DNA of 38,706 nt from a virus (lineage: Duplodnaviria; Caudoviricetes). The stretch's first letter is position 1. Each line of letters begins with the position of its first letter. The stretch is taken from the IMG/VR virus record IMGVR_UViG_3300025267_000039, positions 1-38,706 of that record. The stretch is one strand, 5' to 3'. Under the pieces are notes generated by a model. The model had not been told where the DNA came from and ran no database searches. It saw only the letters and a list, made by a program, of their open reading frames with translations. Of this stretch, positions 1-7,664 are shown in pieces. Made by a program: the position numbers and the translations under genes.

Positions 1-117
1 CCGACGCGCCGTTGACGAGATTGTCATGGGTGATGTAGTTATATTCGCCAATGGCAGTGAGCGTGGGGTAGTTCCCTACGTGTTTGATGACAGTCGCATC
101 TATTGAAAGGAAAAGCG

Positions 118-429
118 ATGTCTACAAAAGAAACTCTACTAAAACATGTTGAAATTGCTAAAACAGTGGGAGAGTTAGCAGGTAAGCTAGAAGACCTTAT
201 CTATTCTTTCTCTCCTCCTGAATTACGAAAGCACAAAAAGAGTATAGAGGGTATGCTGTTCACTACTGCTCATATACTTATGGACTCTGCTGTCGTGCGT
301 TTGACAGGTGAGGAGTTCAAAGACTTCCTAGACTCTCAAGGTGAGGGAGATAGCGAGATGGCTAAAGGACTTGACGAAATGCTAGCCTCCCTTGCTAAGG
401 ATGATGAGGACGAAGGGAGCATACACTAA
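118..429 (+). CDS. hypothetical early protein
   Basis: ORF 103..429; ATG at 118 follows AAGGA; acidic C-terminus; stop overlaps the next start (TAATG). Confidence 0.7.
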   Translation: MSTKETLLKHVEIAKTVGELAGKLEDLIYSFSPPELRKHKKSIEGMLFTTAHILMDSAVVRLTGEEFKDFLDSQGEGDSEMAKGLDEMLASLAKDDEDEGSIH

Positions 430-644
430 TGCCTCAATGTGAAGAGATGGGTGATAACTGCAAGATTGGTAACGTAGAAGTGCTGCGTTCCAATGCCGGT
501 TATTACATTGGATATTATTGTAAGGAATGTGGTCCTTGGGACAGGCTGAGTAAGGGTTACTTCGCTACTGAAGAGGAAGCGAAGAGACAACTCGACTGGT
601 ATCGATATGCTCCAACCATCCGTGTTGTGGGGCAGGCCCCTTAA
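429..644 (+). CDS. small Cys-containing hypothetical phage protein
   Basis: 71 aa, coupled to both neighbours by TAATG; RSNAGYYIG..CxxCGPWDRLS..YF pattern. Confidence 0.7.
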   Translation: MPQCEEMGDNCKIGNVEVLRSNAGYYIGYYCKECGPWDRLSKGYFATEEEAKRQLDWYRYAPTIRVVGQAP

Positions 645-865
645 TGAGTAAACTCAGACATGGGTGGGAGTATATTACTCAAACACATCGTCTACATTCT
701 GGTGGACGATTCACTGAGGTATTAGTGCATGATGTTGTAGCATCTGAACCCATAGCTCTGTTCTATGGGGCGAATGCCAAGCTGAATGCAAAAAAGTTTA
801 TCTCTTACAAAAAACAAAAGGAAGAACGATATGTTAGACCGTACATTCAAAACAAAATGGATTGA
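644..865 (+). CDS. hypothetical protein
   Basis: 73 aa ORF coupled by TAATG overlap. Confidence 0.6.
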   Translation: MSKLRHGWEYITQTHRLHSGGRFTEVLVHDVVASEPIALFYGANAKLNAKKFISYKKQKEERYVRPYIQNKMD

Positions 866-1238
866 TGCACTACGTAATGGACCTTATCACCAAGTGGAGT
901 CAATGCTAGGTGATAATAAAGATGGGCGCTGCTGTCTCGGAGTAGCGTGTGAGTTGATGCCTAATGTAACTGGTTACGAAGTGCTGCCAGAGGATTGTCC
1001 CGCATCGGACTCACATCCAGATGAGACAGAACACCTGCGGGAGCTGGATGCTCCTCGTAAGTATCTTAGCTACGTTTATAAGAAGGATGAGCACGCTGAG
1101 ACACAAGAACTAATGCTGACTCCCCTCATGATGGCGGATATAGGAGTGTCATCTGAGGATGCCCACACGTTGGCTCGCATGAATGATTGTGGTCATTCAT
1201 TCAGGGATATAGCCAAGTGGATATATACAAATCTGTAG
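831..1238 (+). CDS. hypothetical phage protein (KWIDALR...CCLGVACEL type)
   Basis: ORF 786..1238; ATG 831 after AAGGAAG is the likelier start; pattern familiar from phage hypotheticals. Confidence 0.7.
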   Translation: MLDRTFKTKWIDALRNGPYHQVESMLGDNKDGRCCLGVACELMPNVTGYEVLPEDCPASDSHPDETEHLRELDAPRKYLSYVYKKDEHAETQELMLTPLMMADIGVSSEDAHTLARMNDCGHSFRDIAKWIYTNL

Positions 1239-1242
1239 GCTG

Positions 1243-1271
1243 TTGACATTCCTTACACACAGGAGTAGGAT
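1243..1271 (+). promoter_or_regulatory. sigma70-type promoter
   Basis: TTGACA (1243-1248), 17 nt, TAGGAT (1266-1271), intergenic. Confidence 0.65.
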
Positions 1272-1276
1272 GCAGT

Positions 1277-1441
1277 ATGCATAAATCTCTTAAAGATATT
1301 CTCACCCGCAAGGTGAGGAAGACCCGTGACCCTAACTGGGAATACAGAAGGGCATTGGGCAAACGTGTGGTGCCTACTAAGAAAGGCACTGGTTCCTACA
1401 ATCGTAGTCAATTCAAGAAAGGAACTGAAGATGAAGCATGA
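1277..1441 (+). CDS. 54-aa basic protein with ArfA-like motif (not in ORF track)
   Basis: Hand translation MHKSLKDILTRKVRKTRDPNWEYRRALGKRVVPTKKGTGSYNRSQFKKGTEDEA; RVxxxKKGxGSYxR matches the ArfA core. Confidence 0.7.
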   Translation: MHKSLKDILTRKVRKTRDPNWEYRRALGKRVVPTKKGTGSYNRSQFKKGTEDEA

Positions 1442-1712
1442 CTACAAAAAGAAATCAGATATTCCTCCTGAAGTGGTGGAAGACCTGAAAGAAATGGGTG
1501 ACTGGGGTAAACCTCTTGAGGAAATCCTAGACATCCTGAATGAGCATGTCCGATACTTGGATGAGCTTGATGCTGCTCATGAAGAGCAACAGAAAATGGT
1601 AGGTAGATATCAGGAAGATATCACGCCTGAGTTAATGGATAAGCACAACCTAGAACTGTATCAAACAGAGAAGGAGGAGGAAGCGGATGGGTTCAAATAC
1701 TGTAGACACTAG
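1431..1712 (+). CDS. acidic hypothetical protein
   Basis: ORF 1326..1712; ATG 1431 after AAAGGA is the likelier start. Confidence 0.65.
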   Translation: MKHDYKKKSDIPPEVVEDLKEMGDWGKPLEEILDILNEHVRYLDELDAAHEEQQKMVGRYQEDITPELMDKHNLELYQTEKEEEADGFKYCRH

Positions 1713-1890
1713 ACCCAATCGTAAATCCCCTGCTGAGATATACCTCGCTACTCTTGAAGACCAGCGGGATAGGTTGAAGAAGATGTACAACGCCATAGAA
1801 GTAGGCGCGTACACTGGTAACAAAAATAATGTTGTTGCTAGAATTAAAGAACTTGACAAAAAAATAGCAAAGGAACAAGGTAATGAATAA
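1687..1890 (+). CDS. small coiled-coil hypothetical protein
   Basis: 67 aa; AGGAGG upstream; overlaps both neighbours. Confidence 0.6.
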   Translation: MGSNTVDTRPNRKSPAEIYLATLEDQRDRLKKMYNAIEVGAYTGNKNNVVARIKELDKKIAKEQGNE

Positions 1891-2833
1891 TCAACTATTC
1901 GACCATGATAAACTTAACTTCAAGGTAGAGAAGTTCCCACTTCACGCATGGGATGCGGATGAGTATATGTCCACTGGTACTTGGAGTAGTGGACTTTCAG
2001 CAGTCTCACCTGAAGTAGGGTTGGGACTTCGACGTACAGATAACAAACAAGTACTATCTATCGTGTCGGAGGAGAGACCTGACCATCAGTACTTACCAAT
2101 GGTGGAGGGCATGGAGCAGGGTCTTCGGGACTCTGGCATAGACCTGACTGATGTAATTACTACAACAGATGTGTATGATAATGGTGCTCAAATTCAATTG
2201 ACTGCCAAGTTTCCTGCACAGGCTATGGATATTGGTAATGGAGACACAGTAATACCACAACTTATTGTGCGCGATTCTCATAATGGGAAATGGGCATTGA
2301 ATGGGATGATGGGAAATTTCCGCGATGCCTGTTGGAACACCCTCGTAGTAGGGGATAAGCTCGTGTACATATACATGAAGCATACCAAGAATTTAGATGT
2401 CCAAGCCTTCACTCACAAGCTGAAGAATGCAGCAACGTATATAGGTGGAGAAGGTAAAGAGATGATGCAAACTTGGTATCGTAGCCCTGTAACCAGAGAG
2501 CAAGCCATTAACCTGTTCACTAAAACATTGGCTCAACGTACTGATAATGTTAGCAGAAAGAAGGTAGCTAACAAGGTAATGCTCTCCAACCTCATGAAGA
2601 TATTTGATGAGGAGAACCGTCACATACACGGCAGTGCTCTCTATGAGAAGTATGCAACGAGAAACGAGGGTAGTATGTGGACGGCATATAATGCAGCCAC
2701 TCACTGGTCTTCACACGCATCTGAGAATGCTCGTAAGGGCAGCAAACCACAGAACGTGTGTGTTACCCGTGAAGAACAGGTACGTAAGATGCTGAACTCA
2801 ACTGAGTGGGCATCGTTGGCACTCGCTGCATAA
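1883..2833 (+). CDS. DUF932-family phage protein
   Basis: 316 aa; RRTDN..LSIVS, DSHNG, RDACWNTL and C-terminal SMWTAYNAATHWSSH motifs typical of DUF932. Confidence 0.8.
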   Translation: MNNQLFDHDKLNFKVEKFPLHAWDADEYMSTGTWSSGLSAVSPEVGLGLRRTDNKQVLSIVSEERPDHQYLPMVEGMEQGLRDSGIDLTDVITTTDVYDNGAQIQLTAKFPAQAMDIGNGDTVIPQLIVRDSHNGKWALNGMMGNFRDACWNTLVVGDKLVYIYMKHTKNLDVQAFTHKLKNAATYIGGEGKEMMQTWYRSPVTREQAINLFTKTLAQRTDNVSRKKVANKVMLSNLMKIFDEENRHIHGSALYEKYATRNEGSMWTAYNAATHWSSHASENARKGSKPQNVCVTREEQVRKMLNSTEWASLALAA

Positions 2834-2845
2834 GGAGTGGTGAAG

Positions 2846-3010
2846 ATGAATGGGTTAGTATATAATGAAATCAATCTTGGTTTTGCTACGCTACAAGTGT
2901 ACACAAGCGAGAAAGGAGTTGAAAGAGCTATAATGAAAAGCTCAACAAAGTTTGCATATGACTTTGAAGTTCCTAAAGAAGAAATATATTCTGAAAAGGT
3001 AGGTGAATAA
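2846..3010 (+). CDS. 54-aa hypothetical protein (not in ORF track)
   Basis: TAAGGAG RBS; MNGLVYNEINLGFATLQVYTSEKGVERAIMKSSTKFAYDFEVPKEEIYSEKVGE fills the gap. Confidence 0.6.
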   Translation: MNGLVYNEINLGFATLQVYTSEKGVERAIMKSSTKFAYDFEVPKEEIYSEKVGE

Positions 3011-3296
3011 GATGTCTACTAAAAGAGAAAGAGAAATGATGGATGGCATACGCCTGTGGACACATCAGAAGGAGGAAGCGTTACACGAGGCTGTTGTTGT
3101 CCTAATTGACGAGATGGACCTAACGTATGAAGAGGTCCGTCAGCTCAGAAGAAAGTGGGAAAGTTTAGTTTCTAATGCAGAAGAAACATCAGATGATACC
3201 GAGATGTTTGAAAGGCTGGAAGAACTAACCCATGACTGGGAAGAAAGTATGTACTGGAAACATGGACAGGAGGAGCCAGATGAGGATGAATGCTAA
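3003..3296 (+). CDS. acidic hypothetical protein
   Basis: 97 aa ORF; start could be ATG 3012. Confidence 0.65.
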   Translation: MNKMSTKREREMMDGIRLWTHQKEEALHEAVVVLIDEMDLTYEEVRQLRRKWESLVSNAEETSDDTEMFERLEELTHDWEESMYWKHGQEEPDEDEC

Positions 3297-3348
3297 CTAT
3301 ATTATCATAGGTTTTGTTATCTTTCTAGCGTTACTCTGTGTAATATAA
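3280..3348 (+). CDS. 22-aa hydrophobic mini-protein (not in ORF track)
   Basis: AGGAGGA RBS at 3268-3274; MRMNANYIIIGFVIFLALLCVI; fills the gap before the next RBS. Confidence 0.45.
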   Translation: MRMNANYIIIGFVIFLALLCVI

Positions 3349-3360
3349 GGAGAACTAGAC

Positions 3361-4032
3361 ATGCAGACAGTGCATGAGACTGTCTTGTCAGGCAAGTTGG
3401 AATTGTTTAAGTCTGTCAGTGTGAACACACTTACCAATAAGTTCTGTCATGACAACTACGTGCGTGGTAAGAAGCGCAATGAAGAAGCAGGTGAGGTAGT
3501 GGATATCTGCGGGGTATGTTACTCCTATGATATGCTCAAGGGTTTCCGCAAGAATACCGCACCTGCATTGCAGAGGAACAGTGACTTGTTTCCTGTGCGA
3601 ATACTTGAACAACATGAGTTACCCACCATCCTAGAATTATACTATAGGTTTGATGCTCATGGTGAGCTGATAACAGAAACCGTGGATGGGATAAAGTACC
3701 CTAAGTTCAATCACATAGAGAACTATTGCAGGATTGCAGAGCATAATCCGCACTCCATCTTCGCTCTCTGGACAAAGAGAACGGACATCATTGCACCATT
3801 CTTTGACCAACGTGAGAAGCCTGCCAATCTTATCCTTATCTACTCTAATAAGAAGGTAGGTACAATTATGAGTAAACCTCCTCGACACTTTGACCGGACA
3901 TTCAATAATGTTCTTGCACATGAACATGTGGAATTACAAAATTGTACTGGACAGAAGTGCAAGGATTGTTTACTGTGCTACACACCTAACAATGGGGTGG
4001 ATACAATCGTAGAGAAAGTAAAGAGGTACTAA
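3361..4032 (+). CDS. GP88-like (radical-SAM-related) Fe-S protein
   Basis: C-x20-CxxCY, YRFDAHGE, FALWTKR, NLILIYS and C-terminal Cx4CxxCxxC; TAAGGAG RBS. Confidence 0.7.
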   Translation: MQTVHETVLSGKLELFKSVSVNTLTNKFCHDNYVRGKKRNEEAGEVVDICGVCYSYDMLKGFRKNTAPALQRNSDLFPVRILEQHELPTILELYYRFDAHGELITETVDGIKYPKFNHIENYCRIAEHNPHSIFALWTKRTDIIAPFFDQREKPANLILIYSNKKVGTIMSKPPRHFDRTFNNVLAHEHVELQNCTGQKCKDCLLCYTPNNGVDTIVEKVKRY

Positions 4033-4035
4033 GAA

Positions 4036-4233
4036 ATGACTAACATGATTGATAAACGAATCAAGGAACTGATTGTAGAAACGTTGAAAGGAGTGATTGA
4101 TAAACGAATCAAGGAACTGATTGAGGAAGCGTTGGAAGGAGCAACAGTTATTTGTCAGCAACAGGACAACATATATGGAAAGATTGAACTGAGTGAGTGG
4201 TGGGATTCAGATGAGGAAGAGCGGAATGATTAA
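4036..4233 (+). CDS. hypothetical protein with internal 16-aa duplication
   Basis: IDKRIKELIxExLxG occurs twice; GAGG RBS. Confidence 0.65.
   Translation: MTNMIDKRIKELIVETLKGVIDKRIKELIEEALEGATVICQQQDNIYGKIELSEWWDSDEEERND
4046..4141 (+). repeat. 48-nt tandem duplication, 2 copies
   Basis: TGATTGATAAACGAATCAAGGAACTGATTG (30 nt) is identical at 4046 and 4094; the remaining 18 nt are similar. Confidence 0.95.
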
Positions 4234-4450
4234 ACGCATCCATGTGAATCAGCATAACATAAAACGTAACAGAAAGCATGGGACCAGAGACCCTGTGATT
4301 ACTGTTAAGACTTATAAATCAAACACTTACGCACACAACGTGCATATCGATGGACCTTGTGATATAATATATTCACCTGACAAACCATTGCCATGCGGAG
4401 CACAGGTCTGGATAGAAACCATTGCCGATGTGCAGCTACAAAAGGAATAG
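4226..4450 (+). CDS. conserved small phage protein of unknown function
   Basis: IHVNQHNIK..DPVITVK..YSPDKPLPCGAQVWIET pattern familiar from many phages; ATG 4226 is the likelier start within ORF 4193..4450. Confidence 0.75.
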   Translation: MIKRIHVNQHNIKRNRKHGTRDPVITVKTYKSNTYAHNVHIDGPCDIIYSPDKPLPCGAQVWIETIADVQLQKE

Positions 4451-4455
4451 GTGGA

Positions 4456-4710
4456 ATGAAAGAAGATATAAATAAATGCAAGGAGCTAATAAAGGAAATA
4501 AATATCAGCAAGTACAACCAACAGGAATACGCAGCGATAGTAGATGATATCTTCAGTGCAATTCCTATAGCTGCTTCCTTTGAAACACAGATAGATAATC
4601 TTATCTGGAAATTGGAATCAACACAATCTGAAGTAGGAATGTGGAAGGACCGCCTGACTCATGCGGAAGACCTGTTAGAAAATCTGAAGAGGAGGGTGTT
4701 GAATGACTGA
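4456..4710 (+). CDS. coiled-coil hypothetical protein
   Basis: ORF 4393..4710; ATG 4456 follows the previous stop. Confidence 0.6.
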   Translation: MKEDINKCKELIKEINISKYNQQEYAAIVDDIFSAIPIAASFETQIDNLIWKLESTQSEVGMWKDRLTHAEDLLENLKRRVLND

Positions 4711-5035
4711 CAAAGTAGTAGACCTCACTAAAATTCTTGAGGATAAAAAACAAAAGGTAGATGATGGTCTGGACCGGATAAGAGCACAGGTAATGCAAGC
4801 AGGATACAATCCTGAGTATGCTTTCGACCTTCTCTTATACATCAGCGATTTACATACCACATTTCTGGACATAATGGAAGAGAGGGAAGATGAAAGACCC
4901 GTTGACCATCCCGACCTTTTTGAGAACGACAAAAAGAAAGAAGGAATGTACGACCTTGGTTACGAAGAAGAAAAGACGAAGGTCCACAGGCTTGCGCCTA
5001 ATGAAGAAGAAGAGGAGTATCCCAAAGACCATTGA
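4703..5035 (+). CDS. acidic hypothetical protein
   Basis: GAGGAGG RBS; 110 aa; 3' end overlaps the next ORF by 146 nt. Confidence 0.65.
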   Translation: MTDKVVDLTKILEDKKQKVDDGLDRIRAQVMQAGYNPEYAFDLLLYISDLHTTFLDIMEEREDERPVDHPDLFENDKKKEGMYDLGYEEEKTKVHRLAPNEEEEEYPKDH

Positions 5036-5312
5036 GTACAAGATACCAACCAAACCAAAGGACCATCCGGTGCATCCTGACCGTGTAGTAGAGTGGATTA
5101 AGTATCAGAAAAGTGAGGCAGCGGCCTATGGAAAGATAGCTCGCAGTCGTAAGTCCTCAGCAGAAGAGAAACTTATAGCCACTAGAAAACAATTGGATGC
5201 AAAGGCTTACACCAGAGAGATGAACCACTACCTTAGAGCAGGAGATTGGATTTCTGACAGATGGGGTAGAGATGGAGAAAACAAAACGCTATGGAGAAAG
5301 GTAGCATCATGA
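4890..5312 (+). CDS. basic hypothetical protein with N-terminal FtsZ-tail-like peptide
   Basis: GAGGG upstream of ATG; begins MKDPLTIPTFLR; folded-looking C-terminal part (EWIKYQK...YLRAGDW). Confidence 0.65.
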   Translation: MKDPLTIPTFLRTTKRKKECTTLVTKKKRRRSTGLRLMKKKRSIPKTIEYKIPTKPKDHPVHPDRVVEWIKYQKSEAAAYGKIARSRKSSAEEKLIATRKQLDAKAYTREMNHYLRAGDWISDRWGRDGENKTLWRKVAS

Positions 5313-5536
5313 AGAAAGATAGTTTGGTACGTGATAAATATATCACAATGGGACAAGAAACAGAAACAGTAGCTGGCGAAGGCTGGACACATGTTTATGT
5401 TAAGCTTGAAAAAGACTTCAAGATTCTTCCACCAGTGGAACAACTAGATGTATTAGTTCAAATAGAAAAAGAATTAATACGAGTACGTACAGACTTGATA
5501 GACGAGTTGTTTATCAATTCTAAATACCCAACATAA
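5309..5536 (+). CDS. hypothetical protein
   Basis: ATGA overlap at 5309-5312 within ORF 5291..5536. Confidence 0.6.
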   Translation: MKKDSLVRDKYITMGQETETVAGEGWTHVYVKLEKDFKILPPVEQLDVLVQIEKELIRVRTDLIDELFINSKYPT

Positions 5537-5547
5537 AGAGAAAGACA

Positions 5548-5736
5548 ATGAGTACAAAAAATCTATGGGAACGAGATAGAAAGACTTGGTTTCGTGCTTT
5601 GGTACGTGAGTATCAGCGGGAAGGTTATAGTTCCAAAGAAGCAAAGAGACTAGCTCGTAATGAAACAGACGAAATTATGGCAGATAAAGAAGGATTTGTC
5701 AAGGAAATACTGAGGGAGGAGTGGGAGGATAGTTGA
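5548..5736 (+). CDS. small charged hypothetical protein
   Basis: 62 aa; EGYSSKEAKRLA helix pattern. Confidence 0.65.
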   Translation: MSTKNLWERDRKTWFRALVREYQREGYSSKEAKRLARNETDEIMADKEGFVKEILREEWEDS

Positions 5737-5737
5737 T

Positions 5738-5917
5738 ATGACAACAGCGTGGAAATTAGTTTGCAAACGGAAAGGAAGAAAACCCTACGTGGTTGAAACC
5801 TTTGGTAAAAGAACAGACGCAGAGAAAGAACTTGACATGAGAGGAGGTTTAGTCTATGCTTTGGACAAGTTATCAGCGAAAGACATATACATCATACAAA
5901 GAACGAATCATCGATGA
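5738..5917 (+). CDS. 59-aa hypothetical protein (not in ORF track)
   Basis: GGAGG RBS; MTTAWKLVCKRKGRKPYVVETFGKRTDAEKELDMRGG... Confidence 0.55.
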   Translation: MTTAWKLVCKRKGRKPYVVETFGKRTDAEKELDMRGGLVYALDKLSAKDIYIIQRTNHR

Positions 5918-6008
5918 GCTACAACGTGTAGCATGGTGGACACTAGTAGGTTTCATAGTGGTTTATTTCTTATACATTCTTAGTTTTACTTTTAATGGAG
6001 TGACATGA
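5856..6008 (+). CDS. 50-aa membrane mini-protein (not in ORF track)
   Basis: GAGGAGG RBS 5841-5847; C-terminal TM segment VAWWTLVGFIVVYFLYILSF; stop abuts the primase start. Confidence 0.5.
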   Translation: MLWTSYQRKTYTSYKERIIDELQRVAWWTLVGFIVVYFLYILSFTFNGVT

Positions 6009-7664
6009 GTGAACAAGACTGAATCAACATTTGTTAAACATGTACCATGTCCTCACTGTGATTCCTCAGATGGGAACTCGGTGTGGTCAGATGGTCATCA
6101 ATATTGTTTTGTTTGTGAAACATTTACTGAACCAGAAGGAAGTTATATGGAAGCAGTACAAACTAAATCCCCCATCAAAGGGGTAATAACTAATAGTTTC
6201 TCTCAGGGTTTTTATTCTGATATAAGAGATAGAGGATTAAAAGAAGCTACATGTAAAGCTTATGGAGTAAAGGTAGAAAAAGAGAATACCTTTATCTCTA
6301 AGCATATTTATCCTTACTATAATTCAGAAGGAAACCATATCTCTAACAAGATAAGAATAACAGCTAACAAAGACTTTAGGGTAGAAGGAAATCTAACTAA
6401 GAGTACTTTGTTTGGTCAGAATATCTTCTCTCCTAAAGGTAAGTATATAACCTTATGCGAGGGTGAGTTGGATGCTTTGTCTGTCTTTCAGATGTTCGGC
6501 TCGAAATGGCCGTGCGTATCCGTCAAGTCTGCTGCGTCAGCGTTGAGAGACTGCAAAGATAATCTGGAATATCTGGATTCCTTTGAGGCTGTCATCCTTT
6601 GTTTTGATAATGACAAGGCAGGCAAGCAGGCTACCACTAAGGTAGCAGAGTTATTTGAACCTCATAAATGCCGTATCGTAAATCTCAAGGATTTCAAAGA
6701 TGCCAATGAGTATCTGGTAGCAGGCAAGCGTGAGGAATTTATACGATTGTGGTGGGCAGCAGTGCCTTACACCCCCGCTGGGATTATTAATCTTAACAGC
6801 TTAGGTGAGGCTCTTTATGACGAGAACTACTGTGAGACTGTTCACTTTCCTTGGTTAGGGCTGAACGAAAAGCTTTATGGGTTGAGGACCGGAGAGTTGG
6901 TTACGTTCACCAGTGGTGCTGGTATGGGAAAGAGTTCTATCATTCGGGAACTTATGCATCATATCATGACTAATTCGGAAGACAACATCGGCGTGTTAGC
7001 TTTAGAAGAAAGTGTGAAAAATACTGCCTTCAACATCATGTCGGTAGAAGCGAATGAAAGATTGTACATCAAAGAAATAAGAGATGAGTTCTCTCGTGAC
7101 CAGCTGCGTGAATGGGAAAAGAAAACTATAGGAACAGGAAGGTTCTTTGCCTTTGACCACTTTGGTTCTGCGTCTAACAATGAGATACTCAATCGCATAC
7201 GCTACATGGCGAAAGCTTTAGAGTGTAAGTGGATTGTGATAGACCATTTATCAATCCTTGTTTCAGGACAAGAAGACACAGACGAGAGAAGAAGTATTGA
7301 TATCCTTATGACCAAGATGCGTTCTCTTGTAGAAGAAACACAGATAGGACTGTTACTTGTCTCACACCTGCGTCGTACCACGGCTGACAGAGGACATGAG
7401 GAAGGCAGGGAAGTATCTTTGAGCCATCTTCGTGGGTCCCAGAGCATTGCTCACCTGTCCGATGCCGTAATCGCACTGGAAAGAAATCAGCAGGCACCTG
7501 ACCCTGTTGATGCCAACACAACTACGGTACGGATACTGAAAAATAGGTACACAGGTGAAACAGGTATCGCAACTTATCTATTCTACAATAGTAAAACAGG
7601 GCGGCTTGGTGAAGTTTCCAATCCATTTGAAGCGGAGGATACTGAAGATGCCGTGGGTAATTGA
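6009..7664 (+). CDS. T7 gp4-like DNA primase-helicase
   Basis: Zn finger CPHC...CFVC, TOPRIM (EGELD, FDND, KDANE), Walker A SGAGMGKS, IDHL, LRGSQSIAHLSD, KNRYTG. Confidence 0.97.
   Translation: MNKTESTFVKHVPCPHCDSSDGNSVWSDGHQYCFVCETFTEPEGSYMEAVQTKSPIKGVITNSFSQGFYSDIRDRGLKEATCKAYGVKVEKENTFISKHIYPYYNSEGNHISNKIRITANKDFRVEGNLTKSTLFGQNIFSPKGKYITLCEGELDALSVFQMFGSKWPCVSVKSAASALRDCKDNLEYLDSFEAVILCFDNDKAGKQATTKVAELFEPHKCRIVNLKDFKDANEYLVAGKREEFIRLWWAAVPYTPAGIINLNSLGEALYDENYCETVHFPWLGLNEKLYGLRTGELVTFTSGAGMGKSSIIRELMHHIMTNSEDNIGVLALEESVKNTAFNIMSVEANERLYIKEIRDEFSRDQLREWEKKTIGTGRFFAFDHFGSASNNEILNRIRYMAKALECKWIVIDHLSILVSGQEDTDERRSIDILMTKMRSLVEETQIGLLLVSHLRRTTADRGHEEGREVSLSHLRGSQSIAHLSDAVIALERNQQAPDPVDANTTTVRILKNRYTGETGIATYLFYNSKTGRLGEVSNPFEAEDTEDAVGN

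Noticed and set aside
12-81. Possible promoter (TTGACG) and hairpin GCGTGGGG/CCCTACGT at the window start
   Set aside because: -10 match is poor at 17-nt spacing and upstream context is cut off; not supportable
4046-4141. 30-nt repeat with 18-nt gap as a mini-CRISPR array
   Set aside because: Only two copies, the gap sequences are themselves similar, and the unit is in frame within a protein
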